Source: an uncultured Rhodospirillaceae bacterium
GTDB taxonomy: Bacteria > Pseudomonadota > Alphaproteobacteria > Rhodospirillales > Magnetospirillaceae
Length of the DNA: 64,000 nt
NCBI GenBank assembly: GCA_964404545.1
Contig: CAYOKN010000001.1
Coordinates: 9,669-73,668, forward strand
Reading direction: 5' to 3'
The translations under genes were made by a program, and so were the position numbers. Below are positions 36,724 to 47,204 of this stretch, one piece after another. The number at the start of each line of letters is the position of its first letter. Within the stretch, counting starts at the first letter, position 1. The notes under the pieces were generated by a model. It worked only from the letters and a program-made list of their open reading frames with translations, was not told the origin of the DNA and made no database searches.

Positions 36724-38450
36724 CCTTACGCCTCATTCTGACATCCCTTGACCCCCAGATCGAGGCCTGCTCGCTGGTTCCCGGCCCATGGATCCATCTG
36801 GGCGACGAGAACCTCGAATCCCGCCTTGCCGCTGCTGACTATGCCGATCCCTTCACTGACGCTGAATCGGTGTTCCAGGATGCCCGGCAGATCCGGCAAC
36901 TGTCCGAGGTCCTGCTGGTCGAGGTGGCCGACCAGTTGAACCGACGGCATGGATGCAGCCATACCCGCACATTCTGGCGGATCCTGGCCATGCCGTGGAT
37001 CATCGTCATCGCCCAGGCCGCATGGGTACGGTGGCGGCAGATTCTGGCCTTGTCCCAGCGCCATCCCGACCTGACCGTCCGCATCCTGGCCGAGGATCCG
37101 GTCTGGGACTTCCCCTCCCATCGTCAAGTATGGCTGGACGGCCTGCATACCGAACTTTTCGATTTCTGGCTCAGCAGCCGGGTCATTCGGGCGGTGCGAC
37201 CGGCTGGCTGGCGGCTCGAGGAGATCGCCGTTCCGGCAAGCCCGGCCACCACCCCCGTCCCGCCGCCGACGGAACCCAATTTCCCCAACCGGCTGCTGAC
37301 CCGACTGACGGGCCGGTGCCTGTTCCGAAATGTGGAGGCCCAAGGCCGCCTCCCGGCCTTTCTGTGGACCTGGTATTTGCGGACCATCGGCCTGGCCGCC
37401 CGGCGCAGGGTTCCCGCGCCCGAACCCGTTCCGGACTGGCCGGACCGGCTCGATCCCGGCTTCATCGCGCTGCTCCGCCAGTTGCTGCAGGCCACCCTCC
37501 CCCGGACGCTGCGGGACGATTTTGCGGGCTTGGCGGCCAAGGCCCGAGCCCAATCCTTTCGCCCCGGCCGCCCCTTCGTGGTCGGCAGCGGTCTATATTT
37601 CGACGAGCCCACCAAATTCGAGGCAGCTTTTGCCTCCGAGACCGGGGAAGTGGTGGTACCGGTCCAGCATGGTGGCCAATATGGCCTGATCCGCTCCCAC
37701 ACGGACCCTGCGGCGGTGGAATTCCCGCATGTGATGATCACCTGGGGATGGACTCGGCAGGAGCACCATCCGGTCAAGGCGGTTCCCTTACCGCCGCCGG
37801 CCCTTTCCAGGCTTGTGGCAGGCCGGGCGCAGCGATCGAACGGCAGCCTGATCCTTGTGGGGACATCCATGCGGGTGGCGCAACGCCGGTTGATGGGAAC
37901 GCCCCGGCCCGGCCAGATGCTGGCCTATCGCGATGCCAAGATTCGCTTCGTGAATGATCTGGACGCCGCGCCTCGGTCGGCCCTGCGCTATCGCCCCTAT
38001 CCCTTCGAGGCCGGCGCGCTGCTGGACCAGCCCTTTTTCCTGCGGCATTTCCCGGACACCCCGATCGTGCGCGGCCCCCTGTCAGAGCAGATGCTGGCCT
38101 GTCGCCTGCTGGTGCTGGATCATCCAGGCACCACGGTCAATCTGGCCCTGGCGGCCGACGTCCCCCTGATCGCGTACTGGGACCAGGATGCCTGGCCCAT
38201 CTCCCGCGATGGCAGCCCGGTGATCGCCAGGCTGCGAGCCGCCGGTGTCGTGCATGACCAGCCCGAAGCGGCCGCCGCTCAGATCAACCGGGTCTGGGGG
38301 GACTTGGATGCCTGGTGGGCGAGCCCAGAGGTGCGCACCGCCCGACAGGAGTTCCTGGCGCTCTATGGGCGGGTGGACCGGCAGTGGTGGCTGCGCTGGG
38401 CGGCTGCCTTATGGCGGCTCAACCGCGGCTGGCGCCCGACCGAGGGCTGA
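36720..38450 (+). CDS. Large orphan protein (576 aa); possibly the LIC12162-type putative transferase family (from memory only)
   Basis: ATGA overlap with the GNAT stop at 36720-36723. Composition is coding-like throughout. I recognise no catalytic motif. Confidence 0.55.
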   Translation: MTLRLILTSLDPQIEACSLVPGPWIHLGDENLESRLAAADYADPFTDAESVFQDARQIRQLSEVLLVEVADQLNRRHGCSHTRTFWRILAMPWIIVIAQAAWVRWRQILALSQRHPDLTVRILAEDPVWDFPSHRQVWLDGLHTELFDFWLSSRVIRAVRPAGWRLEEIAVPASPATTPVPPPTEPNFPNRLLTRLTGRCLFRNVEAQGRLPAFLWTWYLRTIGLAARRRVPAPEPVPDWPDRLDPGFIALLRQLLQATLPRTLRDDFAGLAAKARAQSFRPGRPFVVGSGLYFDEPTKFEAAFASETGEVVVPVQHGGQYGLIRSHTDPAAVEFPHVMITWGWTRQEHHPVKAVPLPPPALSRLVAGRAQRSNGSLILVGTSMRVAQRRLMGTPRPGQMLAYRDAKIRFVNDLDAAPRSALRYRPYPFEAGALLDQPFFLRHFPDTPIVRGPLSEQMLACRLLVLDHPGTTVNLALAADVPLIAYWDQDAWPISRDGSPVIARLRAAGVVHDQPEAAAAQINRVWGDLDAWWASPEVRTARQEFLALYGRVDRQWWLRWAAALWRLNRGWRPTEG

Positions 38451-39393
38451 CCAAGCCCAGCTGCAGCGTCAGCACCGCCATGGCCTGCACGATGGGCGTC
38501 TTGGGGGCTTCGCGGCCCTCGACGCCCGCGATGACGTGCCGGGCCTGGTCCATATACATGGCATTCACATCATCCAGCGGACAATCGATCACGCGGTCGG
38601 ATTTCGAGCCGGCGTCATAGCACCAGACCTGACCGCGCCGCACATCCCATTCGATGGTGCCCCGCTCGCCGGTGATGTGGTAGCGCCGGCGATAATCCCG
38701 CTGCAGATAGTCGAGCTGCAGGCTGCACAGGGCCCCGCTGGCAAGCCGCAGAACCACCGAGGCCACGTCATCGGTCTCGATCTCCAGCGTTCCGCTGTGA
38801 CCCACGAACCCAAAGGCCTCGTCCACCGGGCCCAGCAACCAGGTCAGATAGTCGAACTCGTGGGTATCGAACACCACGCCGCCACCCAGGGCTTTACGGG
38901 CGGAATACATCTGCCGGTAATCTTCCCAGGGATGCCAGTCGGGTAGATACTGGCCCGCCAGGACCTGGGCGCCGACCACTCGGCCGATGGCCTCTTGCTC
39001 CAGCAAGCCCTTCATGGCCTGGAACGAGGCATGGAACTTCCAATTGGACCCCACATGGGCGAACAGCCCCCTGTCCGCCACAAGGTCGGCCAGGGCCTGC
39101 ACACCCTCCAGGGACACCGCCAGCGGCTTCTCGATGAACAGGTGGCTGCCCGCCTGGGCAAAGGCCAGCGCCTGTGGAACATGGAAGACGTTGGGGCTGG
39201 CAATGACCGCAAGGTCCGGAGCCGAGGCGACAGCCGCCTCCAAAGTGGGCACGGTGGGAAAGCCGGTTGCCTCGGTATAGGCGGCCCGCCGCTCCGGATG
39301 CGGATCGAAGCCGGTCACGTCCAGGCCCAGCGCCCTGAAATTGCGGGAATGGCGGGTGCCGATGGACCCCAGGCCGGCAATCATCACCCGCAT
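38419..39393 (-). CDS. Gfo/Idh/MocA-family NAD(P) oxidoreductase
   Basis: 'MRVMIAGLGSIGTRHSRNF' (Rossmann motif) and 'LFIEKPLA' (family EKP motif). Confidence 0.85.
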   Translation of the reverse strand: MRVMIAGLGSIGTRHSRNFRALGLDVTGFDPHPERRAAYTEATGFPTVPTLEAAVASAPDLAVIASPNVFHVPQALAFAQAGSHLFIEKPLAVSLEGVQALADLVADRGLFAHVGSNWKFHASFQAMKGLLEQEAIGRVVGAQVLAGQYLPDWHPWEDYRQMYSARKALGGGVVFDTHEFDYLTWLLGPVDEAFGFVGHSGTLEIETDDVASVVLRLASGALCSLQLDYLQRDYRRRYHITGERGTIEWDVRRGQVWCYDAGSKSDRVIDCPLDDVNAMYMDQARHVIAGVEGREAPKTPIVQAMAVLTLQLGLVSPRSGASRG

Positions 39394-40562
39394 GCCAAGA
39401 TCCCGCTGAGCGCCTCGATCACCCGGGTCTGGTCACTGTCCGACAGCCCCGGATGGAGGGGCAGGGACAGGCAACGCCGATAATAGTCCTCGGCCGCCGG
39501 AAAGGCCTCGGGGCCGGGATGCCAGGGTGCGTGGAAGGGCTGATGGTGGACCGGAATGTAATGGACCTGGCTTCCCACCCCCTTGGCCCGCAAGGCCGCC
39601 ATCACCTGGGCACGCGACACGCCCAGCGCCACGAAGTCCACCTCCACCAGATAAAGGTGATGGCCGGAAATCGCCCTTTGCGCCGGCAGGCTTTGGGGCA
39701 GCCGCACATGCGGCAAGGGCGCGAACGCCTGATCATAACGCTGGGCCAGGGCGCGCCTGCGGCCGATGAAGCCGTCAAGCTTGGCCATCTGGGTCATCCC
39801 CAGGGCTGCCTGGATATCGCAAAGACGATAATTGAAGCCCAGCTCTTGCTGTTCGTAATACCACGGAGCGGTGCCCAACCGGCCTTCCTCGGTCACCAGC
39901 GTCTCGCGCTCGATGCCGTGCGTGCGCAACCGGCGCAAATGACGCGCCAGATCGTCGTCATCGGTCAGGATGGCCCCACCCTCTCCGGTGGTGATTGGCT
40001 TGACCGGATGAAAGGAGAACACGGTCATGTCCGCCAAGCCGCCACACCCCACGGGCCGGCCATCGGGGTGCCGGGCTCCAAGGGCGTGGCTGGCATCCAG
40101 GATGACCCGCCGGTCGCCGGCCAGGGCCCGGATTTCGTCCAGATCCGTGGACAGGCCGCCCATCAGCACGGGAATCACCGCCTTGGCCTCGGGGTGACGC
40201 TCGAGGACGGGCGCCAATGTGGCCGGCGACATGCACAGAGTCTGCGGATCAATGTCCGTGAGGGCGGCCCGCCCGCCCGCATAATGCAGGCAGTTTGCGC
40301 TGGCGACGAAAGTGATGGCCGAGGTGATCCCCACATCGCCCGGGCCGACGCCGGCCGCCAGGGCGGCCAGATGCAAGGCCGCCGTCCCGCTGGAGACGGC
40401 GACGGCATGCCGGGCCCCGGAATAGGACGCCAGCGCCGCCTCGAACCGCTCGACCGCAGGACCCTGGGTCAGGAAATCCCCCCGCAGGACCTCGACCACT
40501 GCGGCGATGTCCGCCTCATCAATGGTCTGCCGGCCATAGCCGAGGAACGGGCGATCGGTCAC
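39384..40562 (-). CDS. pseC: UDP-4-amino-4,6-dideoxy-N-acetyl-beta-L-altrosamine transaminase-like (DegT family)
   Basis: 'LGYGRQTIDEADIAAVVEVLRGDFLTQGPAVERFE' is the PseC-type N-terminus. 'FSFHPVKPITTGEGG' carries the PLP lysine. It sits directly downstream of pseB. Confidence 0.85.
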   Translation of the reverse strand: MTDRPFLGYGRQTIDEADIAAVVEVLRGDFLTQGPAVERFEAALASYSGARHAVAVSSGTAALHLAALAAGVGPGDVGITSAITFVASANCLHYAGGRAALTDIDPQTLCMSPATLAPVLERHPEAKAVIPVLMGGLSTDLDEIRALAGDRRVILDASHALGARHPDGRPVGCGGLADMTVFSFHPVKPITTGEGGAILTDDDDLARHLRRLRTHGIERETLVTEEGRLGTAPWYYEQQELGFNYRLCDIQAALGMTQMAKLDGFIGRRRALAQRYDQAFAPLPHVRLPQSLPAQRAISGHHLYLVEVDFVALGVSRAQVMAALRAKGVGSQVHYIPVHHQPFHAPWHPGPEAFPAAEDYYRRCLSLPLHPGLSDSDQTRVIEALSGILACG

Positions 40563-40567
40563 GGACG

Positions 40568-41608
<1,041 letters not shown>

Positions 41609-42895
41609 CTAACGCACCTTGAACAAAGGTTCCAGGGTCTTGCACCGCAGGAGGTCCGCCACCCCGTTTTCGGCAGCCTCAGCCAACATCGGAAACACCT
41701 GGTCATAGACGCCAAGAAGCGTCGCCGCATCCTCGGGCCCATGGGCGTAGCTCATATTGTGCGAGGTAAGCGTCAGGACGCCACGGGCGAAGCATTCCTG
41801 CAGGAACAGGGTCTTCAGCTCCCAGGCCGTGGCCTTCGGCGCATCCTTCAGCAGCAGGAAGCTCCAGGCGGGATGACCGGCGGCCTCGGCAAAGGCGCCC
41901 AGGCCATGGCGCTCGATCCGCTCGGCGGTCCCCTGGAGCACCAGGGTGCCAACGTCAGACAGGGACTGGACCACCGGTTCGCGGGTCAATTTGTTCAATA
42001 CCGCCTTGGCCGCGGCGAGCGACAGCGCCTCGCTGCCCATGGTGAAGGAGAAGAAGATATCCTCCATCACCCGCATCACCTCGGCCCGGCCGACGATGGC
42101 GGCCAGCGGGTAACCATTGGCCAGGCCCTTGCCCAAGGTGGTCAGGTCGGGCGTCACGCCAAACAATTCCTGCGCACCGCCATTGGCATAGCGGAAGCCG
42201 GTGATCATCTCGTCGAAAACCAGAACCGCCCCATGCTTGCGGGTCAGCTCCGCCACCCCCTCGAGAAAGCCGGGCGCCGGCCAGGTGGTATTCATCGGTT
42301 CCAGGACCACCGCGGCGAATTCGCCCGGATGTTGGTTCAGGACGGCCTGCAGAGAGTCCAGATCATTATAGGCGAAGACATGGGTCAGACCGCGCACCGC
42401 TTCGGGAACGCCCCGATGGCGAGCGGTGGTCCCGATATACCAGTCCTGCCAGCCGTGATAGCCGCAGACGGCAATACGCTCACGGCCGGTGAAGGCCCGG
42501 GCGATACGGGCGGCACCCGCCGTTGCATCGGATCCATTCTTGCCGAACCGAACCATCTCGGCGCTGGGCACCAGTTGGCAGATCAGCTCGGCGACCTCGA
42601 TCTCGACGGTGTGGGGAAGCGAAAAGGTCACCCCGTCGGCAAGCTGGGCCGTCACCGCCGCCGTCACATCGGGGTCGTCATACCCCAGCGACACGGACAG
42701 CAGCCCGTTGACGAAATCGAGATATTCATTGCCGTCCACGTCCCAAAGCCGCGCCCCCTTGCCCCGGGCGGCATAAAACGGCGACACGCCGTGCGGAAGC
42801 TGGGTCTTGCTTTTCGAGAAGGTTTGCGTGCCCAGCGGGATCACCCGCTCGGCGCGGGCCAGCAATTCTTCCGACCGCGAATACCGCTCAGACAT
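41609..42895 (-). CDS. Class III PLP aminotransferase (glutamate-1-semialdehyde aminomutase-like)
   Basis: 'RLWDVDGNEYLDFVNGLLSVSLGYDDP', 'FGKNGSDATAGAARIARAFTGR' and 'VLVFDEMITGFR' are class III strings. The glycan-locus context argues against a HemL role. Confidence 0.85.
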   Translation of the reverse strand: MSERYSRSEELLARAERVIPLGTQTFSKSKTQLPHGVSPFYAARGKGARLWDVDGNEYLDFVNGLLSVSLGYDDPDVTAAVTAQLADGVTFSLPHTVEIEVAELICQLVPSAEMVRFGKNGSDATAGAARIARAFTGRERIAVCGYHGWQDWYIGTTARHRGVPEAVRGLTHVFAYNDLDSLQAVLNQHPGEFAAVVLEPMNTTWPAPGFLEGVAELTRKHGAVLVFDEMITGFRYANGGAQELFGVTPDLTTLGKGLANGYPLAAIVGRAEVMRVMEDIFFSFTMGSEALSLAAAKAVLNKLTREPVVQSLSDVGTLVLQGTAERIERHGLGAFAEAAGHPAWSFLLLKDAPKATAWELKTLFLQECFARGVLTLTSHNMSYAHGPEDAATLLGVYDQVFPMLAEAAENGVADLLRCKTLEPLFKVR

Positions 42896-42981
42896 TGGCG
42901 AAAACCTTCAATGAACTTGCCTGGACGCCGCACATGAAATACCAAGTTCTCAGCCTTTGACAGCAGAAATTACGGCCCGCC
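42896..42981. promoter_or_regulatory. Divergent promoter region
   Basis: 86-bp gap between a minus-strand start at 42895 and a plus-strand start at 42982. No motif assigned. Confidence 0.4.
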
Positions 42982-43746
42982 ATGATCGTCGCCCTCCTCC
43001 AGGCCCGCTATTCCTCGACCCGGCTTCCCGGCAAGGTGCTGAAGCCCATCCTGGGGCAGCCCATGCTGGCTCGGCAGATCGAACGGCTGCGGCGCGCCCG
43101 TGCCTGCCAGACCCTTGTGGTCGCCACCAGCGACCACCCCGAGGACTCGGCCATCGCCGAGCTGTGCCGCAGCCTGGGCGTGGCCTGCCACCGAGGATCG
43201 CTGACCGACGTGCTGGACCGCATGTACCAGGCAGCCCTGCCCTATTCGCCGAGCCATGTGGTCCGGCTGACCGGCGACTGCCCGCTGGCGGACTGGACGG
43301 TAATCGACCGGGTGGTGGACCTGGCCATGGAGGGCGACTACGACTATGCCAGCAACACCATCCCGCCCACCTTCCCCGACGGCCTGGACGTGGAGGTAAT
43401 GCGGTTCCAGTCCATGCAGACCGCCTGGCGCGAGGCAACCCTGCCCAGCGAGCGCGAGCATGTCTGCCCCTTCCTGCATACGCGCCCCGAACGCTTCAGG
43501 CTGGGCAATCTGAGCAACCCGCAGGACCTTTCGGGCCTGCGCTGGACCGTGGATGAACCCGCCGACTTCGACTTCGTGAGTGCGGTCTATGAGGCCTTGT
43601 ACCCCGGCAATTCCGCCTTCACCACCGCCGACATCCTGGACCTGACGCGCAGGGCCCCCGAGCTGTCCGGCATCAATCAGGGCTATCTGCGCAATGAAGG
43701 CTATCTGAAGTCCCTGGCCGAGGACCAGTCCAAGAAAAACTCCTAG
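42982..43746 (+). CDS. SpsF/FlmC-type cytidylyltransferase (CTP_transf_3-like), candidate CMP-nonulosonate synthetase
   Basis: 'MIVALLQARYSSTRLPGKVLKPILGQPML' and 'RLTGDCPL' are typical of the SpsF/acylneuraminate cytidylyltransferase group. Confidence 0.8.
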   Translation: MIVALLQARYSSTRLPGKVLKPILGQPMLARQIERLRRARACQTLVVATSDHPEDSAIAELCRSLGVACHRGSLTDVLDRMYQAALPYSPSHVVRLTGDCPLADWTVIDRVVDLAMEGDYDYASNTIPPTFPDGLDVEVMRFQSMQTAWREATLPSEREHVCPFLHTRPERFRLGNLSNPQDLSGLRWTVDEPADFDFVSAVYEALYPGNSAFTTADILDLTRRAPELSGINQGYLRNEGYLKSLAEDQSKKNS

Positions 43747-44420
43747 CCGCGGACCTGCCGCAGCACGGCAAACCCTTCGGCGGCGGCCAGTCCATTCTGG
43801 GCCCCACGCAGCCGCGCCAAGGCCTCCACCGCCTGCAGCGACCGGGCGTGGGGAAAGGGCCGCATCTCGCCGGAATAGCACTCCAGCGCCCGCAGCTTGC
43901 GTTCCAGAGTCGTCTCGATGCCGACGAACCGCACTGGCTCGAAGCTCTCGCCCCACTCGGTCGAGGACAGCGTTTCAAACGCATACAGATTGGCGACGGC
44001 CTGCCCCGGCAATGGCCGGCAGGCGGTGCGGACGGCCAGCGCCGTGACCCGATGATCGATGTTCAAGTCGGCCCCATGGTGGGTATAGACCGCGGCGGGC
44101 CGCACCTCGTCCACCACCGCCTCGACCACCTTGACCACATCCAAGAGGTCCAGCGAATCCATGCGATTGTCGGGCAGCCCGCCGAAGCGGGGCGGCAAGG
44201 TGCCGAGGATGGCGGCTGCGGCATTGGCCGCCTTGCGCAGCCGGTCGATCTCGGCGCCATGGACGCCCACATCGCGCTGCGTGCCCCGCGCCGTGGCGCC
44301 TTCGGCCAGGATCAGCACATGCACCTCGTCACCCGCATCGGCATGACGAGCGGCTGCCCCGCCCACTCCCAGCACCTCATCATCCGGATGGGCGGCAACG
44401 ATCAGAATCCTATCCCCCAT
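43743..44420 (-). CDS. PIG-L/LmbE-family N-deacetylase
   Basis: Trimmed to 'MGDRILIVAAHPDDEVLGVGG', which carries the AHPDDE zinc motif. 'HHGADLNIDH' is present. Confidence 0.85.
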   Translation of the reverse strand: MGDRILIVAAHPDDEVLGVGGAAARHADAGDEVHVLILAEGATARGTQRDVGVHGAEIDRLRKAANAAAAILGTLPPRFGGLPDNRMDSLDLLDVVKVVEAVVDEVRPAAVYTHHGADLNIDHRVTALAVRTACRPLPGQAVANLYAFETLSSTEWGESFEPVRFVGIETTLERKLRALECYSGEMRPFPHARSLQAVEALARLRGAQNGLAAAEGFAVLRQVRG

Positions 44421-45189
44421 GGGCCTTCTCCCTAAGCCTTTGCCCGAGCCATTGTGCCGCCTCGTCAGCCAGACCGCGGCTATTCGCGGCAACCAGGCCG
44501 ATCTTCTCCCATCCCCCCTGGAAGCTCCAAGGATGTCCGTCACCGGCGAGCATCAGGCCGCCGGCCGCTTCGAGAACCACCAGGGGCGCGGCGACGTCCC
44601 AGTCGCGGATTTCCACATCCTTCAGGAACAGGTCCGCCGTGCCGTCGGCCACCCGCAGGATCTTCAGCGCAATACTGCCGCTTTCCACATATCCGGTGCA
44701 TCCCAGGGCATCATGAGCCAGCCGTGCGGCTCCCCTCGGCTGCGGATAATTGTCGATCAGGACCCGCCGACCCGGATCGGCCGCCACCCGGATCTCCCGG
44801 CCGTTGCAAATGGCCGGCCCACCCCGGCGGGCGGAAAATGTCAGATCCAGGGCCGGCGCATGCACCACGCCCAGAACCGGCACCCCGGCCTCCATCAGGG
44901 CCGCCTGGGTGACGAACCCGGAGAAGCCGCCCGCATAGCTGGCGGTGCCGTCGATGGGGTCAATCAGCCAATAGCGATCCGGCCGCTGCGCGCCGTGACG
45001 CTCATCCTCCTCGCTCAGAACCGGCAGCCCGCCACCGAGCTGCTGGTTGAGAAACTCATGGGCCCAGCGATCGGCCTGGGTCTTCAGCTGCGCCCCCTGC
45101 CATTCGCCGGACAAGCCCTGAGCCTGGCGGCGCCAGTCCAGCATCCGGGCACCCAATTGCCGAAGACAGTCCTGAGCCTGCTCAAGCAT
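44410..45189 (-). CDS. Inositol-monophosphatase-family phosphatase (IMPase/CysQ-like)
   Basis: Trimmed to 'MLEQAQDCLRQ'. 'YWLIDPIDGTASY' and 'IRDWDVAAPLVVLEAAGG' are the two IMPase family motifs. Confidence 0.85.
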   Translation of the reverse strand: MLEQAQDCLRQLGARMLDWRRQAQGLSGEWQGAQLKTQADRWAHEFLNQQLGGGLPVLSEEDERHGAQRPDRYWLIDPIDGTASYAGGFSGFVTQAALMEAGVPVLGVVHAPALDLTFSARRGGPAICNGREIRVAADPGRRVLIDNYPQPRGAARLAHDALGCTGYVESGSIALKILRVADGTADLFLKDVEIRDWDVAAPLVVLEAAGGLMLAGDGHPWSFQGGWEKIGLVAANSRGLADEAAQWLGQRLREKAHGG

Positions 45190-46120
45190 GGTGCAGCTCC
45201 CTGATGCAGGCCAGTTCGGCAGCCCGCATCCGCGCATCCGGGGGCGGGCAGGGGTCGCCCGTGACCCGGGCAAGCCAGTCCAGGCGGGGCGTCGGCGCGT
45301 GGCCCACGGCATCGAAGATATTGGCCGCAGAGAGCGGAAGAGCCGACTCGCGCCAAAGGGGTTCGGCCTCCAGATAGGCGGGCAGGACTGCCTCCAGCCG
45401 GTGGCGGGCAACGGGCACAAGATGGACAGGCCGTCCCTCGGCCTGGGCGATGTCCTGAAGAATCCGCGAGACCGGCGCCCCCCCGTCCGGGAGCCCTTCC
45501 CACACGGGGCGGCTCGCCGCCTTGGGCAAGAGCCGGACCAACGCCTCGGCCACATCCTCGCTCCAGACCACCTGGGCGGGATTGTCGCCCCCATCCACGG
45601 CAAGGAGCCCTCCCCCTGCCCGGATCCTGCTGCGGTAAAAATCCAGCCGGCCCGTATGGTCCCGGGCGCCCCAGATGACCGGCAGGCGCACCACGACGCC
45701 GCCGGCGGCCAATGTGGCCGCCTCGGCCTGGGCCTTGCCGTCCAGATAGCGGCACGTCAGGTCCATCATGGTGGGGGGCTGGGTCGCCGGCCCCTGGACC
45801 GGCCCATCCACCGGAGTATCGGGATAACGCCGGCTGATCCAGGCCGATGACACCAGGATCAACAGCCCGGTCCGGACGGAGGCGGCGGCGAGCTGGCCCA
45901 CCGCCTTGCCATCATAGGCGATGAAATCCAGAACCACGTCGAACTGCCGGCCTGACAAACGGGCCAGTGCCTCGATACGCTCACCCGTCACCGCCTCGAC
46001 ACCGGCCGGCGCGCTGCCGGCCCGGCGCGAGGCGACGGTCACGGCCGCCCCGGCGCGAACCAGGGCCCGGACCACCGCCAACCCGGCGAAGCGCGTACCG
46101 CCAAGGACCAGGACCTTCAT
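45182..46120 (-). CDS. NAD(P)-dependent oxidoreductase (atypical/extended SDR)
   Basis: 'MKVLVLGGTRFAGLAVVRALVRAG' is a Rossmann motif. ATGA overlap with the NeuB-2 stop at 46117-46120. Confidence 0.75.
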   Translation of the reverse strand: MKVLVLGGTRFAGLAVVRALVRAGAAVTVASRRAGSAPAGVEAVTGERIEALARLSGRQFDVVLDFIAYDGKAVGQLAAASVRTGLLILVSSAWISRRYPDTPVDGPVQGPATQPPTMMDLTCRYLDGKAQAEAATLAAGGVVVRLPVIWGARDHTGRLDFYRSRIRAGGGLLAVDGGDNPAQVVWSEDVAEALVRLLPKAASRPVWEGLPDGGAPVSRILQDIAQAEGRPVHLVPVARHRLEAVLPAYLEAEPLWRESALPLSAANIFDAVGHAPTPRLDWLARVTGDPCPPPDARMRAAELACIRELHHA

Positions 46121-47187
46121 CGGCCGCCCAGATCCTCCCAGCTCAGGGGCGTCTCGGCCGCCACCGGACGAACCAGGGTCCGCCCCAGGACGGCGGCCAG
46201 ATGGCGCGGCTCGATGCCGGTGCCGGGGCGGGCCAGATACAAATCGTCGGCCGTCAGGGCATGGCCCGCGGGCAGACCGCTTCGGGCAATGATGCTCTTC
46301 ACATAATTCGACCGGTTCACCGTCTCACGCGGGCTGGGCGGCGTGAAGCCCGGCTGTCCCAGCGCCAGGGCGGCGGATTTCAGGTTGGCGACATAATCCC
46401 GCACCATCTCGGGCTCCAGCGCGAACGGATGGTCAGGGCCGTTCTGGGTGCGATCCAGCGTCACATGCTTTTCAAACATCACCGCACCCAGGGCCAGGGC
46501 CGCCACGGCAGTGGTCACGTCGGTGGTGTGATCGGAAAATCCGATGGAGACACCGGACCGGTCGGTCAGGAAGGGGATGGTGCGCAGCCGCATCTCGGCA
46601 GGTTCGGGCGGATAGACGGCGATGCAGTGAAAGGCGCCGACCCCGGGCTTGTGCGGCTTCAGGACGGACAAAGCGGCATCGATGTCCTCGAGACCGGCCA
46701 TGCCGAAGGAGATCAGGATCGGCGCCTCCACCTGATTCACCAGCGCCGCGAGAAACGGCAGATTGGTATGGTCCATGGAGGCAATCTTGACCAGATCCAG
46801 CTCGATCTCGCGGGCCCAGGCCAGGCCGTTCCAACCATGGATGGTGGCGCCGAAATCCAGGCCGAGAGAGTGGCAGAGCTCCTTCAGCTCTGGCATCCAG
46901 GCCTTGGGGGTCTGCAGATGGCGGGCGAACATCTCCTGGGCGGAGATGTCGCCATAGAGGCCGTCGAGGCCATAGTCCCGTGCCCGGATGCTGCCGCAGA
47001 CGATCTCGTCCGGCTCATAGATCTGGAACTTCGCGCAATGGCAGCCGGCCTCGGCCACCATGCGCACCAGAGCCTTGGCGGTCTCGATATCGCGATTATG
47101 GTTGGTGCCGATCTCGGCGATGACATAGGGCTCCAGGCCAGCGCCGATGCGCGGGCGGCCACGGACGGAAAGGGGAGCGACGGTCAT
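46117..47187 (-). CDS. Second NeuB-family (ulosonic/nonulosonic acid) synthase with SAF-like C-terminus
   Basis: Trimmed to 'MTVAPLSVRG...PYVIAEIGTNHNRDIETAKALVRMVAEAGCHCAKFQIY'. 'KIASMDHTN' and 'GFSDHT' are present. It is clearly divergent from the copy at 28838-29854. Confidence 0.85.
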   Translation of the reverse strand: MTVAPLSVRGRPRIGAGLEPYVIAEIGTNHNRDIETAKALVRMVAEAGCHCAKFQIYEPDEIVCGSIRARDYGLDGLYGDISAQEMFARHLQTPKAWMPELKELCHSLGLDFGATIHGWNGLAWAREIELDLVKIASMDHTNLPFLAALVNQVEAPILISFGMAGLEDIDAALSVLKPHKPGVGAFHCIAVYPPEPAEMRLRTIPFLTDRSGVSIGFSDHTTDVTTAVAALALGAVMFEKHVTLDRTQNGPDHPFALEPEMVRDYVANLKSAALALGQPGFTPPSPRETVNRSNYVKSIIARSGLPAGHALTADDLYLARPGTGIEPRHLAAVLGRTLVRPVAAETPLSWEDLGGR

Positions 47188-47204
47188 TGGCGCGATGACT
47201 CCGG

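Noticed and set aside
41609-42895. HemL (glutamate-1-semialdehyde aminomutase) of haem biosynthesis
   Set aside because: The class III aminotransferase fold is shared. However, the gene heads the pseB-pseC operon and has no haem-gene neighbours. HemL-like enzymes are recurrent in nonulosonic-acid and spore-coat glycan loci.
42970-43956. Minus-strand ORFs (42950-43438 and 42970-43956) overlapping the SpsF-like gene
   Set aside because: The translations are Gly/Arg/Ala/Pro-rich. The plus-strand frame carries the clear cytidylyltransferase N-terminus 'ARYSSTRLPGKVL'.
44410-45189. Housekeeping inositol monophosphatase / CysQ
   Set aside because: The family motifs are present. However, the gene overlaps both neighbours inside the NeuB-2 operon, so a dedicated sugar-phosphate phosphatase role is more likely. 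Housekeeping function cannot be excluded without the rest of the genome.
45478-45484. Homopolymer tracts as phase-variation switches: C7 at 45478-45484, A7 at 54484-54490 and A7 near 35855
   Set aside because: The tracts are only 7 nt long, below the length usually associated with slipped-strand phase variation. I saw no longer poly-G/C or other simple sequence repeats while reading the window.
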